Shown piece after piece: positions 49,501 through 62,122 of a stretch of 64,000 nt of DNA. The stretch is taken from contig NIVC01002821.1 in the NCBI GenBank assembly GCA_002269645.1, positions 1-64,000 of the forward strand, read 5' to 3'. The notes below the pieces were generated by a model, which was not told where the DNA came from, searched no databases, and worked only from the letters and a program-made list of their open reading frames with translations. Position 1 is the stretch's first letter. Each line of letters opens with the position of its first letter. The position numbers were made by a program, and so were the translations under genes. Source of the DNA: Macrostomum lignano (taxonomy: Eukaryota).

Positions 49501-50458
49501 CAACCATCCCTGAAGCTACCAACAACTTAACACAACCATCCCTGAAGCTACCAACAACCTAACACAACCATCCCTGAAGCTACCAAATACTGTGTATAAT
49601 CATCTTGAAGCTACAACAACAAATAGTAACTTATATTATACAAACAAATAGTAGTTTAGGACAATAATCATTCTAAAGCCACAACAAACTGGATAATCCT
49701 CATACTGAAGCCATCATAAACTGGATAATCATCATACTGAAGCCATCATAAACTGGATAATCATCATACTGAAGCCATCAAACTGTATAATCATACTAAA
49801 GCCATTACAAACTGGATAATCATACTGAAGCCATCACAAACTGGATAATCATCAAACAAAATCCATCACAAACAGCAACTGGATAATCATCATACTGAAG
49901 CCATCATAAACTGGATAATCATCATACTGAAGCCATCACCAACAGCAACTGGATAATCATGATACTAAAGCCATCAAAAACCAGATAATCATCATACTGA
50001 AATCATACTGAAGTGATTGCAACCTAGTTGGGATATACATCTGGTAGGGTAGAGTCCGGAAACCTATGTTTCCTATGGAGTCAGGCATTTGTTCAGCCCA
50101 CAGCAATAATCACATCACATGGGCATCAACATCAGGACCAACATTACAAACCAAAAGAATTCCATGCAAACCTCACCTGCTTGACAGAGGGCCCCCGAGA
50201 CCCATGCCGCAGCATCATGATGAGCTGCCTGGCTGCGCAGCCGTCGGCAACGCCAGACGGGGCAGGCAGGTCGGGGAAAATTCTCTCCACATTGCGGTAG
50301 GCAGTTTTGGTGCCGAATCTGTTCAGCGGAGGCTGCACAGTGTCCGGCGGGGCAGCCGAGATCTTGGCATCAGCGGGCGGCAGCCACACGGCCAGGCAGA
50401 TCGCAGACACCACTAATAGTGCCTGGCGAAGACAATGACGCACTGCTTTGTCTGGCAT
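46573..50458 (-). CDS. MINPP1: Multiple inositol polyphosphate phosphatase (histidine acid phosphatase)
   Basis: Exons 50458 (or 50470/50527)-50177, 49271-48921, 48319-48064, 47761-47557, 46882-46573; all phases consistent. Signal peptide, FGTKTAY, RHGSRGP, DLKHYWRKSHGY, FGHAET, VPFGAN, C-terminal ER-retention RDEL. Confidence 0.92.
46975..47522. repeat. 35-bp minisatellite in MINPP1 intron 4
   Basis: ccaagttctgcagctccctgacacaaatgtggcac; period 35. Confidence 0.95.
47805..48022. repeat. 28-bp minisatellite in MINPP1 intron 3
   Basis: gatctgggaggctggcccagcaactgaa units. Confidence 0.9.
49440..50010. repeat. Two adjacent ~30-bp minisatellites in MINPP1 intron 1
   Basis: ctgaagctaccaacaacctaacacaaccatcc and actggataatcatcatactgaagccatca units. 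Confidence 0.8.
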
Positions 50459-50679
50459 CTTTATTTGCATAGCACAGGGAGCTTGAGGCAGGGATGCAGA
50501 AGCAAAGGAATCATTCGAATTAGCCATTCAAATTATTACTAGTGTAGTGAGCCACTAGGACTAATTTTAGGTATCTCACTGTAGTCAACAGCATCCTTGC
50601 ATTGCTCTTGAACTGCTAACAGATCCCCTTTTGCTCTGTTGGTCTGCCTGTTCCCAGCCTTCTTTTTTGCTCTGTGCTC

Positions 50680-51135
50680 TTGTTGTTGCCACTGGCATCT
50701 CTGCTATGGTCTGCTCTTGTTTGCAGCCACTGGCATCTCTGCTATGGTCTGCTCTTGTTTGCAGCCACTGGCATCTCTGCTATGGTCTGCTCTTGTTTGC
50801 AGCCACTGGCATCTCTGCTATGGTCTGCTCTTGTTTGCAGCCACTGGCATCTCTGCTATGGTCTGCTCTTGTTTGCAGCCACTGGCATCTCTGCTATGGT
50901 CTGCTCTTGTTTGCAGCCACTGGCATCTCTGCTATGGTCTGCTCTTGTTTGCAGCCACTGGCATCTCTGCTATGGTCTGCTCTTGTTTGCAGCCACTGGC
51001 ATCTCTGCTATGGTCTGCTGCTGTTTGCAGCCACTGGCATCTCTGCTATGGTCTGCTGCTGTTTGCAGCCACTGGCATCTCTGCTATGGTCTGCTGTTGT
51101 TTGCAGCTACTGGCATCTCTGATGTGGTCTGCTCT
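50680..51135. repeat. 38-bp minisatellite upstream of MINPP1
   Basis: gccactggcatctctgctatggtctgctcttgtttgca, ~12 copies. Confidence 0.95.
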
Positions 51136-54058
51136 TCGTTTGCACAAGTCTAGAGGTCACTATTAGCTAATATATATCTCCATAGTTAGGAAGATGTCCT
51201 GTATGCCAGAATTTTCTGGTATGCATTAGCCCTTCATAGTTCATTGGCGTGCATATTTGGGTGCATATTTGGCATGCTTGAATCTTAAAAAAAGTGTTTG
51301 GCATACAAAAATAGTGTACAAAGCTCTTTGAAAATGGATGCAAGTATCTTAGTTTTTCACTGTTTCTGTAATGAACTGTAGAACATTTTAAAGAAAAAGG
51401 CAGCAGTTGGAAGTAGGGATTGCAATCCCAGGATCCCAGGATCCCAAAATCCCAGGATTGGGCCTAAATCCCGGGATTTCCAGTCCCAGTATATAGCATC
51501 CCAAATCCCGGGACTAATTTTTGTTATTATTTTTACAAAAAGCATTACAATATGAACATAATTGGGCCTACAACTAGTTGATTATACTGTACTAACTTCC
51601 ATTAATTGCCTCACATTGCTGGCACCTTTTTAAACCCCACATCACAGATTTAAATGTGAAATTTGTTCCAATGTAAATTTGATATATGATTTGTTTCTTT
51701 ACTACTAATTAGTACCTTTATACTAATTACTTAAATACAAGCTATGTCACAAGATAATGCTGTTTTACATCTACAAAAAGATCATTATCTCTATAACAAT
51801 CAAAAATAGAAGCAAAAATATAATTAGTGCATATCTTGCCTTGAAATTTCAACCCAGAAGCTTAAAAATCTGTATTTTTCTTATTCGAAGATTGAATCCC
51901 AGGATTGGCCAAATCCCTAGTTAGGTGACAGAAGTGTAAACAAAAAACTAGTATTTTTTTAATGTGATAGTGCTATTTTAAAGAATTTAGGTACTAAAAC
52001 TTTGTGTAATTGAAAGTTTATATAAAGGGATAATAGACATGGCACTTTTTTTATAATATAAATGTAAATGTCAAATTTAACACTGGAAAAATGTCCTTTA
52101 TTGCCATAGCAAAAAAGTAAGGTTGCATAATTTTGAAATTTTGGTATACATGACAGTCACATTTCCAATTTTTGGAATACTTGGCATATACCTAAAATTT
52201 TGCCAAAAAATCTGGTATACATTAGACACCTTGACAATTGGTAATATGATAACATGATAAATATAAGGCCTAGGCTACATTGAATATTTGATAATTGAAA
52301 ACCTATTTGATATTGACACATCTGTAAGAATATATTTAAAGGTATCACATCATATCAGGACTAACATATTTAGAAACCTTTGCTACTAAATCTAGTATTA
52401 CTATATCAATCTTCTATCTATTTCTATATATAGAAAAATCTATATATAAGCCATAGGTTGGAAGGCGAATATATGCTAGGATTTCATGGCATACAACAAG
52501 GTCAAGGATATTTACCATTGTGCTAGGGACTTCTTTCCTCTGAAACAATCCTACCACTGTTACCAAAAGCTATCCCAGGGCTCTCTCTTCTTTATTCTGG
52601 GGTAATCTTGTTTGCTGCCACCAAATTGATATAGGGGTTACCTGTCCCTTAAAATAATCCTAACAATGCCACCAAAGTTGTTATAAGGTTAGTTTTTTAT
52701 AAGTCTCTTGAATATTGCAACTAGCAATTTTAATATAAAATGATTATATTAGTTTGCAAAGCAAATTTGCTAGCTTGCAAATAGTTGCTTTCTTGGCCTA
52801 CTCTGGGCTTTTATTTATACAAAATTTCTTTACTATTTATAACAAGGATTGATCGCAAAAATATTTTTGTTATTCATAACATTTAAACAAAGAATTTTTA
52901 GTTTGGATTTGAAATTAAGCTTTCTAGGAAACAAAATGAAAAGAGTAATTTTAGAACAAATAATTATACAGTATCATTAATGTACTATCTCAACATTTTT
53001 TAGCATACATTAGCATACATCCCAGCATATATGACACAGTAGAAAATTTTCAGCTTATATCTATGACATACCTACATACATGTTAGGATAAAATAAAGTG
53101 ACTTTATGAAGAATAGGCTATATACAATACTATCATCATAGAGCAATAATTAAAAAAACAAATTTAAACTTTCATTCTTAAAGACTTATTTTTTTCTCAA
53201 TTTTTAACAAATTTAATATACTTCTTTTATAATTGTACTTTCTCATTGCACATTGCAAAAGAGCATAATTTTAAAGTGTATTATTCTGCATGAATAATAA
53301 ATTCAAAAATGAAAAAACATACAACTTCATGGTGTACATAGTTAAAAACTTTTTTGTCCCAGCATACAAACGTGGTCCTGTACTTTTTATCCTACCAGAC
53401 CTAGTGTACATTAATATACAATCTGAACTATAGTATATGAGAGCAAGTTATATAGCAAATAAACCAACCTTTCATAAGCTAAAAATCTCTAGTGGTTTAA
53501 TATAAATACTCAGAGTTTGAAATAAATTGTTAGGCCTACTTATTTCAAAGCCTGATTTGAGAACAGTGCAAAATGGTTTACTAAGACTAAGAGTAAGAGT
53601 TAAAAAGTTATACAAAGGAATACTAAGAATTAGCACTGTGATCTTCTGATCTCAGTAATACCCAATTGGACAAATGCTACCCAGAATGCTATTATCTCTA
53701 CATATAAAAATCAAAACTTATACTATATATAAAAGACAATTTCTAGAAATGTACTAGATATTAATCTAAGAAATATTAGCCTAGACATATTAATAGTAGA
53801 CATTTATAAAAGAAAGAGCCTAATATTCTATTATAACTGGTGTAGCTTAATGGTGGGATATTTACAATGAGAATAGTAGAATACCTGTTAAAACTTGGTG
53901 GCATCAGTGTGATTTATAAATTGAGAGAAAAAAGACCTATTATAATCACTAGGCCTTATTAGTAGGAAATAAGAAATTATGTTATAGACCTAAGCCTAGG
54001 CCCTATTCTTATCCATATTTAAACATTTAGAACTGTAAGTTATCTTGGTATATGGCTA

Positions 54059-54100
54059 GGTTCCTGGACACTTCGTCATCTTACCACTTCGTCATCCCAA
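54059..54100 (+). mobile_element. Solo TIR of the ggttcctggaca... Mutator-like family
   Basis: ggttcctggacacttcgtcatcttaccacttcgtcatcc matches the reverse complement of 27972-28010 at 34 of 39 positions. Confidence 0.6.
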
Positions 54101-54299
54101 GATTTAGCAATGCTGTAAATTGTTATTCGATTGTTATTGTTATAAATTGTTACTCAATCATATTAGTCAATTTTGTCTGTTGTCGCTATAATTGGCATCC
54201 AATGTACATAATGTATACGCAGTTTGCATATGCACGCTTTAATGTACGAGTACATAAAGATGGCTAGGCCTATCTTTAATGGCTACAGGTATACTATAG

Positions 54300-54784
54300 A
54301 ATTACAATCACTTTGGCAACAGTCATTTTGGTGACACATTTGGATCACTTTGGCAACAATTAATAGCAGCTAAAGGATGTATTTTTTGCCAATGAAACTT
54401 CAAATTAAAAAGTGTGGTTTAGGCCTAGGCCTATCTGGATTTATTGAAAAAGCAACACAAATTTTCAGTATTTCATTATGAACGCTTACAATAAATACGA
54501 TAAAGTACAAAATGAATTGACTTGTATTATATAGTACTGTAAATATTGTGATAAATTTATTTGGCATATTGGCATGTATAGGCATATACACTTGTGAAGT
54601 TTCATTGGCAAAAAATATATGTATTATAAATGTATTCATTTTAGCTGGCTTAGATGTTATTAATTGTCACCAAAGTGATCCAAATGTGTCGCCAAAATGA
54701 CTGTCACCAAAGTGACTTGTTGCCAAAGTGACTGTCATTGAACTACTGAAGTGACGTGTCGCGTCGCCGAAGTGATCGGTTACC
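54300..54784. mobile_element. Mutator-like MITE (485 bp)
   Basis: Long imperfect TIRs of cacttcggcgac-type subrepeats; 9-bp TSD atactatag (54291-54299 and 54785-54793). Confidence 0.8.
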
Positions 54785-55799
54785 ATACTATAGGCCCTAG
54801 GGCCAAGCCTTCTTAAATCTTAGTTCTAGGACTTATTTTATACAATTTATAATACTAATAAAAAATAATAGGTAGGTAGGCCTAGCTTTATAGCCTTTTA
54901 AAGGCTTAAGTAATATACTTAAAAGGCTAGGCCTATGCCTATAGCTAATAGCTTTTTTAGGGGCTAGCTGCCTAGACAAGACTACTTCACAAATAAAAAT
55001 GTACATAGGCTCTATATGATAATATAGTCATAGATAGGTGGCCTCCAGCTTTATTAACATTAGGTCTACTCCGCTCTTGTCTTAGGGCCTATTTGGAGTA
55101 GAAGGGCTCACGCAAATCTCAGCTAGTAGCTAGGTAGGCCTAGCCGCCTAGCTAGTTTTAGCACGCAAATTCAACGACAGAAATTTTAACACAGACAAAT
55201 TCGGCGAAAGCAAAATCAGCGACAACCTAGGCAAGGCAATTTCGATGACAAGTCTTCATATAGGCCTAGCTTAATTTAAAGCAAATTAAATTTAAGAGTT
55301 TCTTAATCTTAATATTCTCTTAAAAGCTCACGACCTGTGTGATAGAAAAAAATATGCGTTCGATAGAAATACTCGTAATTTTGACATCGCGCGTCCGAGA
55401 ATGAACGAACATTTCTTGGAAAGCAACACCTTTCTAAATTCTTTTGTTCAAAATAATTCATGCGTGTGACAGCTTTTTGACGCCCCTATCTCCGATCCCC
55501 AAGCTTATTCCTGTCTACACTACGCAATCCCCCATCATAAATAATTTTTTCTCTGCTGCGCCCCCCCCAAACTTCTCGTCCAATCATAGCGCGGCTGAAG
55601 GGTGACGTCATCAGGGTTGCTAATAACGGAGGTCAAGAACAAGTCAGGACCTAAATCCCCGACCCAGCAAGTCCCGCCAATCTACCCGTGGGAGGCCAAT
55701 GCCTAGCAAAGTCTACATCACCAATTAGACCGCATTACTAGAGCGGCAAGTTCCTTTAATCCGTTCAAGGCGGCTGGGCCAGAGGGTTATCTACTATTA

Positions 55800-56600
55800 C
55801 CCAACGTACTTGCACAAGGTGGTAAAAAACCACCGCTTTCTGGACCTCCTCTGTCGTCTCCTCCGAGCTTGCGTGGAACTGGGCTATGTACATGCATGTA
55901 CATGTTGCGTGGAGAGATCGAGGCTCGAGTTGTCTTTTTTGTCCCCAAGCCTAAGAAGAGCAACTACTGCAGCTGTTGAAGGCCTTCAGGCCATCAGCCT
56001 CATCTGTTTCTACCATAAGATTTGGCCCCGGCGCCTGCTCTCTGTCGAGCTAAAGCGCTTCCTCATAAGGGCTAGCGGCCTGAGCGTCAAGGGCTACATG
56101 TAACCTCGACTCTCTCTATAGAGTTCAGGGCAGAGCTTGCCGCATGACGATTTGGCGCTCCACCGTCTACTCCCTCTGAAGGCATGAATGCCTTATTCAG
56201 TGCACGTCGTCTAGACATTTATACCAAAGAAGAGGCAGCGAATAGCACCCGGCGACCGATGCTGGGGTTGCTTTCAAAGAAGTGCGAGCCTTTAAGAAGC
56301 GTTCGGTGATGAAAGACTCCGATCTCTGCCTCAAGACTCTCGAGGAGAGTGGGCAGGCTCAACATCCTCACGGACTCGATCCCCTGCAGCCACCCTTCTC
56401 CTGAGCCAAAGGTATAAGGTCACCATTCAGCCTCGACACGAGGCGAGTGATACCTGGAGCGATTCCGAAGTTTACTGTTACACTGACGGCTCAATGAGGC
56501 ATGATCTCTAAGGCCTCGGAGCATGCGTCCTCATTAAGGGAGAAGCGGTTGGGGAGCGATGTTTTCAGAGCGAGGTGCTTGCCATCAGCTCCTGCGCGGC
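55800..56600 (+). pseudogene. Fragmented non-LTR retrotransposon (RT plus RNase H relic)
   Basis: LLCRLLRACVELGYV and FVPKPKKSNY..KAFRPISLI (RT entry, across frameshifts); VYCYTDGS and VFQSEVLAI (RNase H). Confidence 0.75.
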
Positions 56601-56619
56601 AGATAACACAAAATTTAAA

Positions 56620-56790
56620 TAATAAAAAAATCGATTTCCAGGATCAGCATCTTTATGGTGATCTCTACGTTGGTATTTCCCAATAATGACTTCCACCGCG
56701 GGGTGGACTCGAACCACCGCTCTAAACCCTAAGCTGGGTGTCCGCCCTCAGTGCGGCTACTCCGCCTACTTGTTTGAGGGCGAACAGAAC
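56620..56790 (-). mobile_element. tRNA-derived SINE-like sequence
   Basis: B-box ggttcgagtcc (plus-strand 56705-56715) after a weak A-box; limits approximate. Confidence 0.4.
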
Positions 56791-57039
56791 CTGCAATATA
56801 AGTTTTCATTTTTTATCCCCAGTCAGCCAGCTAAAAATTTTCTTTTGTGCTTAATTTGAAAAATGTGATAGTAGTCGTGAACATTTTCTGATTTTATTTA
56901 GAATTATCCGTGCTCCCTTATTTTGGCGGAAATTCCAACCCTCCGTGCTTTCGCTGAGCTATTCTTCTGTAGCCTAATACGAGCACATTAAAGTACATTA
57001 AATCAAAATATAGTAATCTTTAAGAATCAAAGCTCATGG

Positions 57040-57190
57040 GGAAGGGAATACCTGAGATGTCAAGGCTCACGGGGGGAATAGCTGAGATGTCAAGGCTTAC
57101 GAGGGGAACTGTTGAGATTTCAATGCTTACTGGGATAATTTCTGAGAAGCAAGGCTCCGGGGGGAGGGTATTTCTGAGTTGCCAAGGCTA
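57040..57190. repeat. Degenerate ~30-bp tandem repeat, ~5 copies
   Basis: gggaatacctgagatgtcaaggctcacgggg-like units. Confidence 0.7.
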
Positions 57191-58141
57191 AGGTCAGAAG
57201 CTACAGGTAGTTTATGCAAAAATTTGTATTCAATTCTTTGTTGACTCCCCAACGGGGGGGCGCTGATTGCTAGTAACCTACTCTAAGTAGTGTGAGTAGG
57301 TCTGAAACGTGTTGCAAGACCCGAAACTCAATCGGCAAAAACATGACCCACTTAGAAAGCCGCACTTCCGAATTAACAAAGACCAAAACTGTAGTAAAGA
57401 ATTCCTTTAAAATACGTGTGAAATGCCAGCTTCATTATCTACTAACCAATCACAGGTCTGTTCATAAAAATTCTGTCTGCAAACGGTAGAAAAGCAAAAA
57501 AAGGGATATAAGAATTTTTATCCATAAACTGCAGAAACGAGAAGAGGAGATCACGCAGCCGAAACAGGCCAGAGTTTGTGAAGTTATACGAAATAAACAT
57601 TAAATATCCGGAAAGAAAAAGTGAGTTAAAAGAAACAATTTAAAAGGTGTTTAAAATATTCATTTAAGGCACACGTTGCACTGCAGTAAACAATAGTTTA
57701 CAGACGAAATTCGCTGCACCCTGCGTAGCTGGGTAGGTAGGTATCTATAATGTGACCGATTAGAGAAAAAATGGCTCAATAGCTTTCTAAAATATTAAAA
57801 CACATGGGAGGAATAAAATAAAATAAGATGGGTCAGCCTTAAATGGTTGGCAGCAGAAATAAGCCAGATAGGTTCGCCAGTGTGCTCATGCAACAGCTGG
57901 GCAAATAAAAGCGATCATGAGCACTTAGATAACAGCATGACAGGTGCAGGTGCGGACGGAGTTTGGAAAATGGAGTTGGGCGAATGTCTGGATGACCGAG
58001 AAGAACACAGAAGCCGTCTTTTAAGCAAATCCGTCAAAGCAAAGCAAGACATAACTCCAAAAATTTTGGTCTGTGGTCAAAAGGCTCGATCGATTTTATA
58101 AGGTGGTTCAACCATAGACACACAAGTAAGATATTTTTAAC

Positions 58142-58373
58142 ACTACACCTTTTCACGTTCAATTTTGAACAAAGTCCAGTTCTAAAAAAACTAGCGGAAA
58201 TTCAATTCAGACAATTCAGACTGGGGACAATTTTGTCTATGGCTAAACCTCGCTTCCGTAGCAGAATGTTTTGAACTGGGGTTTGTTGCCCCAGTCTGAA
58301 TTGTCTGAATTGAATTTCCGCTAGTTTTTTTAGAACTGGACTTTGTTCAAAATTGAACGTGAAAAGGTGTAGT
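58142..58373. mobile_element. MITE with 85-bp perfect inverted arms
   Basis: 58142-58226 is the reverse complement of 58289-58373; 62-bp spacer; aac on both flanks. Confidence 0.85.
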
Positions 58374-58495
58374 AACGCGTTATGTTTATGAAACCAAAAT
58401 CGTTGACGCTTGACGCTTGTCACTTGTCATTTGTCGACTTGTCACTTGTCACTTGTAGTTTTTTATGAAATCGGCCCCTGGTAACTAACTGAATG

Positions 58496-59340
58496 TGTTA
58501 TGACAGTGTGCTCTTTGCTAAGTTGCTGCACCGGGCCAGTGGGCCGTCCTCTCCCCCTCCCCCCTCCTTAGATATTTTCTGACTCACCCACCTGCACTTC
58601 TGCGCGTGCGTACCCTCCCCCCTCTCTGCCTAGGCCTTGTCTGTTGTTCAACCCCCATTCTCTGCGTGCGACCCCCCCCCCTTGCTCTGTGTGCGCCCCG
58701 TGCGACCCCGCCCCATTCTTTTGTTAGCTTTGCTGCCCCGCCCCTGTTTGTAATTGGTTGCCAGTCCCAGTCTGCCGTGCTGCGCCCCGGCGATTGGCTG
58801 GTACGGCTCATGTTTTTTCTATGCTGATGTCTAAGCCCCCTTTTCTGCCGTTATCCCGCGCCCTCAACCCCCAGTTTGCTGCCTATTTATTCGGACCCCC
58901 TTAGGACCCCATTCTCGTCGTCTTCGTGGCTCCTCGGCGATTGTGCCAGCGTTGGTTGCTGAATTGCTATTCCTCGCAGAATTGCTAGACAAATATATAA
59001 GTAAAGAATACCGAGATCACTACTGCTCTGACGGCGCTGTTTCTTGTACGACTGAAATCGCGGCTGGTAAGCCTTCCAATTTGTACCCATTTGGGTCTGC
59101 ATCTGTACTAGGCACCTTAGAGGGATTAAGTGCGTCGTACGCCGGTCCCACCCCAAGCAGCTCTGCGTCGTACGCGAGTCTGTAGGCTGTCGAGCGTCGT
59201 ACGCTCGAGCAGCCTAGTCCCGACGGACACCGCGTCGTACGCGTGTCAGTGGAGGACCGCAGCCGGGGTCAGTACACGAACCCGGGTCTGGGAAAGGGGC
59301 ACGAAAGGACCGAGCCCTTGAGCCCCAACATCACATAACC
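58496..59340. mobile_element. Possible solo LTR or other TE fragment
   Basis: tgttatg...cataac ends, two attgg boxes, tatataag at ~58994, CpG-rich; no TSD found. Confidence 0.25.
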
Positions 59341-59626
59341 AAGTTCAAGCTATTTTGCAGCGATATGGACTCATGGCCTCATGAAATTCTGTTTTACAGG
59401 CAGTTGCTAATCCGAGATGTACAGTCAAGCCCATCACATGAAGTGATTTGTTCTAAAGAAATGGTCCATTAAATTTTTTTTTAAAAGTACAATGAAACTT
59501 TCTCAACATTTTGCATGAGAATTCTGCTAGTTCAAAACCCGACTCTCGCTTTTAAAAGTGCCCATTTGACTAGTTTATAACGTGTGAAAGTGAGATCCAG
59601 CGAGCTCCAAAGCACTGCAATTTGCA

Positions 59627-60237
59627 TCAACCTTTCATAGCAACTTGAGCCACAAAGTCGTTTCTGACCCACAGTCCGTCCCACTCGCTGAATGTAGCGA
59701 TGTTCTGCACTTGGAAGCTACCCATGGACAGCAGAGAGAAGTTCCTCGAGGTCATGAAGCGAGTCACAAACTCGTAATGTTTGGAAGATTGCGGTCGCTC
59801 ACCGAGCTTCCGCCAGAACTCCATCTGCAGCGCCATGATGTTGAGCTCTCTGAACAGCTTCTCGCCAGTCTTCATGAACAGGTGCTCACCGGATTCGATG
59901 TCCATCTTGACGACCACATTCTTGGTGCCGATGTGCCCTCGAAGCTCGTCCGCTTTGGCAGTCGTGACGGGAATCGTGTCCTCGATTGACTTCGTGACCT
60001 GCCGTTTCCAGTCATCCAATCCGCCTGAGCCGCTTCCAACGTTGCAATCCATGCCGTCAGCGTCCCAGCTGATCCGCTTGAGCCCCACGTCGTCGCTGAT
60101 GAAGCCCCAGAAGAGCGTCCCAGAAACTCTGATGCCGACTTTGAAGCGATCAACTTGTTGGGCCACATTACAGACGCCACAGTAATTAAAAGAACTGTAG
60201 CGCAGGCCAGCAGTATTAGATACTGCTGTGTTCTCAT
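59627..60237 (-). CDS. FkbM-family SAM-dependent methyltransferase, C-terminal part; 5' structure unclear
   Basis: GFISDD...NVGSG...TIPVTTAKADEL...VVVKMDIESGE...LQMEF fits the second half of an FkbM domain. A separate frame from ATG 60237 encodes a signal-anchor-like segment. Confidence 0.6.
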
Positions 60238-61154
60238 TGCATTGACTAGAACGGAGCAGAACAGTTAGTCCTCAAAAATGTAAAAATTTTACTTATTGCA
60301 ATTTATTTCCGCAAGTTTGCGCCTGCTCCATGGCACCTGGGCTGGTAAGCGGACCTGGGCAGCAGTTTTCAAGCAGTGAGCAGAGCACATGGGGGATGAG
60401 ATGGGGTGGGATGAGATGGGGTGGGATGAAGCGATATGAACTTTACGTAAGATGCAATGGATATATAAGGATGGGTAAATATAAAATATAAACATTCACA
60501 GGAGAGCTGCTTGGGGCGCTGGTCTTGGAGGACTCAGGGATGAGATGGGATGATGAAACCAGATGAGATTAGATTAGTGGGATGAGACAGAGTTTGAATC
60601 TTCAACTGATCCAGCAATGACTTAAGTAGTGCACGAATGATGAAATCCTGGTCCTGGAGGGACAAAACGTGCAAACAGCAAAATTAACCGCTAGAAAATG
60701 CTTAGCAAACGCGAACGCATGCTGCTACTAAAAGTAACAACAGAAGCAGAAAACCCAAACGTGGCCAGGAAAATCACAGGGCAGCACAAGGTGAAATGCT
60801 TTGCAGCAGTTTAATAATTCTGAAGCTCAATAAATATATGTATTGCCATTCTGATGAATTCACACCTGTAAGCACATCAGTTGAGGCAATTACAATTTAT
60901 TATTGATTCGATTAGCAATTCTCATAGGAAATTGAATGGAAACTTGCTAATGTTGATAATAACAGTATTGTACTGCCCCATTGTTGCTGCACAATAAAAG
61001 TGCCCGTGCACTTGCTACTCTTGCGGTCACGACTCTCGGCTCAGCTCTGTCGAAGGACAAAACAAAAACTATCGCAGCATGCCTGCAATATGGTCGAGTG
61101 AAGGTTCGCTCCAAAATTCGCCTTATTAAGCCTTGATAGTGGCTTGTAGGGCAT

Positions 61155-61490
61155 CGGAGCATAGAAACCAATGACTTGATGCCCTGGCCTGCCACTCAGA
61201 GCATAGAAATCAATCACTTGATACCCTGGCCTGCCACTCAGAGCATAGAAATCAGTCACTTGATGCCCTGGCCTGCCACTCAGAGCATAGAAATCAGTCA
61301 CTTGATGCCCTGGCCTCCCACTCAGAGCATAGAAATCAATCACTTGATACCCTGGCCTGCCACTCAGAGCATAGAAATCAGTCACTTGATGCCCTGGCCT
61401 CCCACTCAGAGCATAGAAATCAGTCACTTGATTCCCTGGCCTCCCACTCAGAGCATAGAAATCAATCACTTGATGACCTGGCCTCCCACT
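61155..61490. repeat. 42-bp minisatellite, ~8 copies
   Basis: gagcatagaaatcagtcacttgatgccctggcctgccactca; period 42. Confidence 0.92.
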
Positions 61491-62122
61491 CCCGCCGTGA
61501 TCAGCCTCAAGAACTGTCTCCAGAACAAAAGAACACTGGAGACATCGAAGTGACATCCCAAAAAATGGCAACTCAGGCCTAAAAACCCTGGCCCGAAGAC
61601 CTAACTAACTGCGTATTTGCTTCTTGTTTGATTTGAAAAACTGTTAAACTGATTAAAACAAAATTAAAACAAATTTATTTAATGCAAATGCTTATCACAA
61701 GCAATTTGAAGACAGACCTTGGTATACAGTTTATTTGTAAAAATGTGTTTTAAAAAAGCACAATGTCTTCATACGTACGCTCGCATGTGCAGTGCATGCG
61801 AATATACAGCGGGAAAAAAAGTCTTTTAGAAAGCTTGTCTTTTAAAAATTCGATATTTTTAGTCTTTAACCCATTTTTAATTATTTTTTTCATATCTGAG
61901 TTTTATTGTGAATTTTAATATTGTAAATTGCTTTCCAATTCCTCAAAGCAATTTTCATCTATTTTAAGAACTACGAGCTAAAAGTAAAGCTGGACTTCGC
62001 AGGTACATGAATATACATGTAACAGTAAAGAACGGATACAAGTGCACGCCCGAGGTCATAAACATACGGTGCACGATCGTAGCCGTTCTTCACCGATATT
62101 GTATGATTTTGAAGGCATCCGA

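Noticed and set aside
51414-51919. Possible hAT element with tagggat ends
   Set aside because: TIR is very short and the flanks (gttggaag vs gttaggtg) do not form a convincing TSD.
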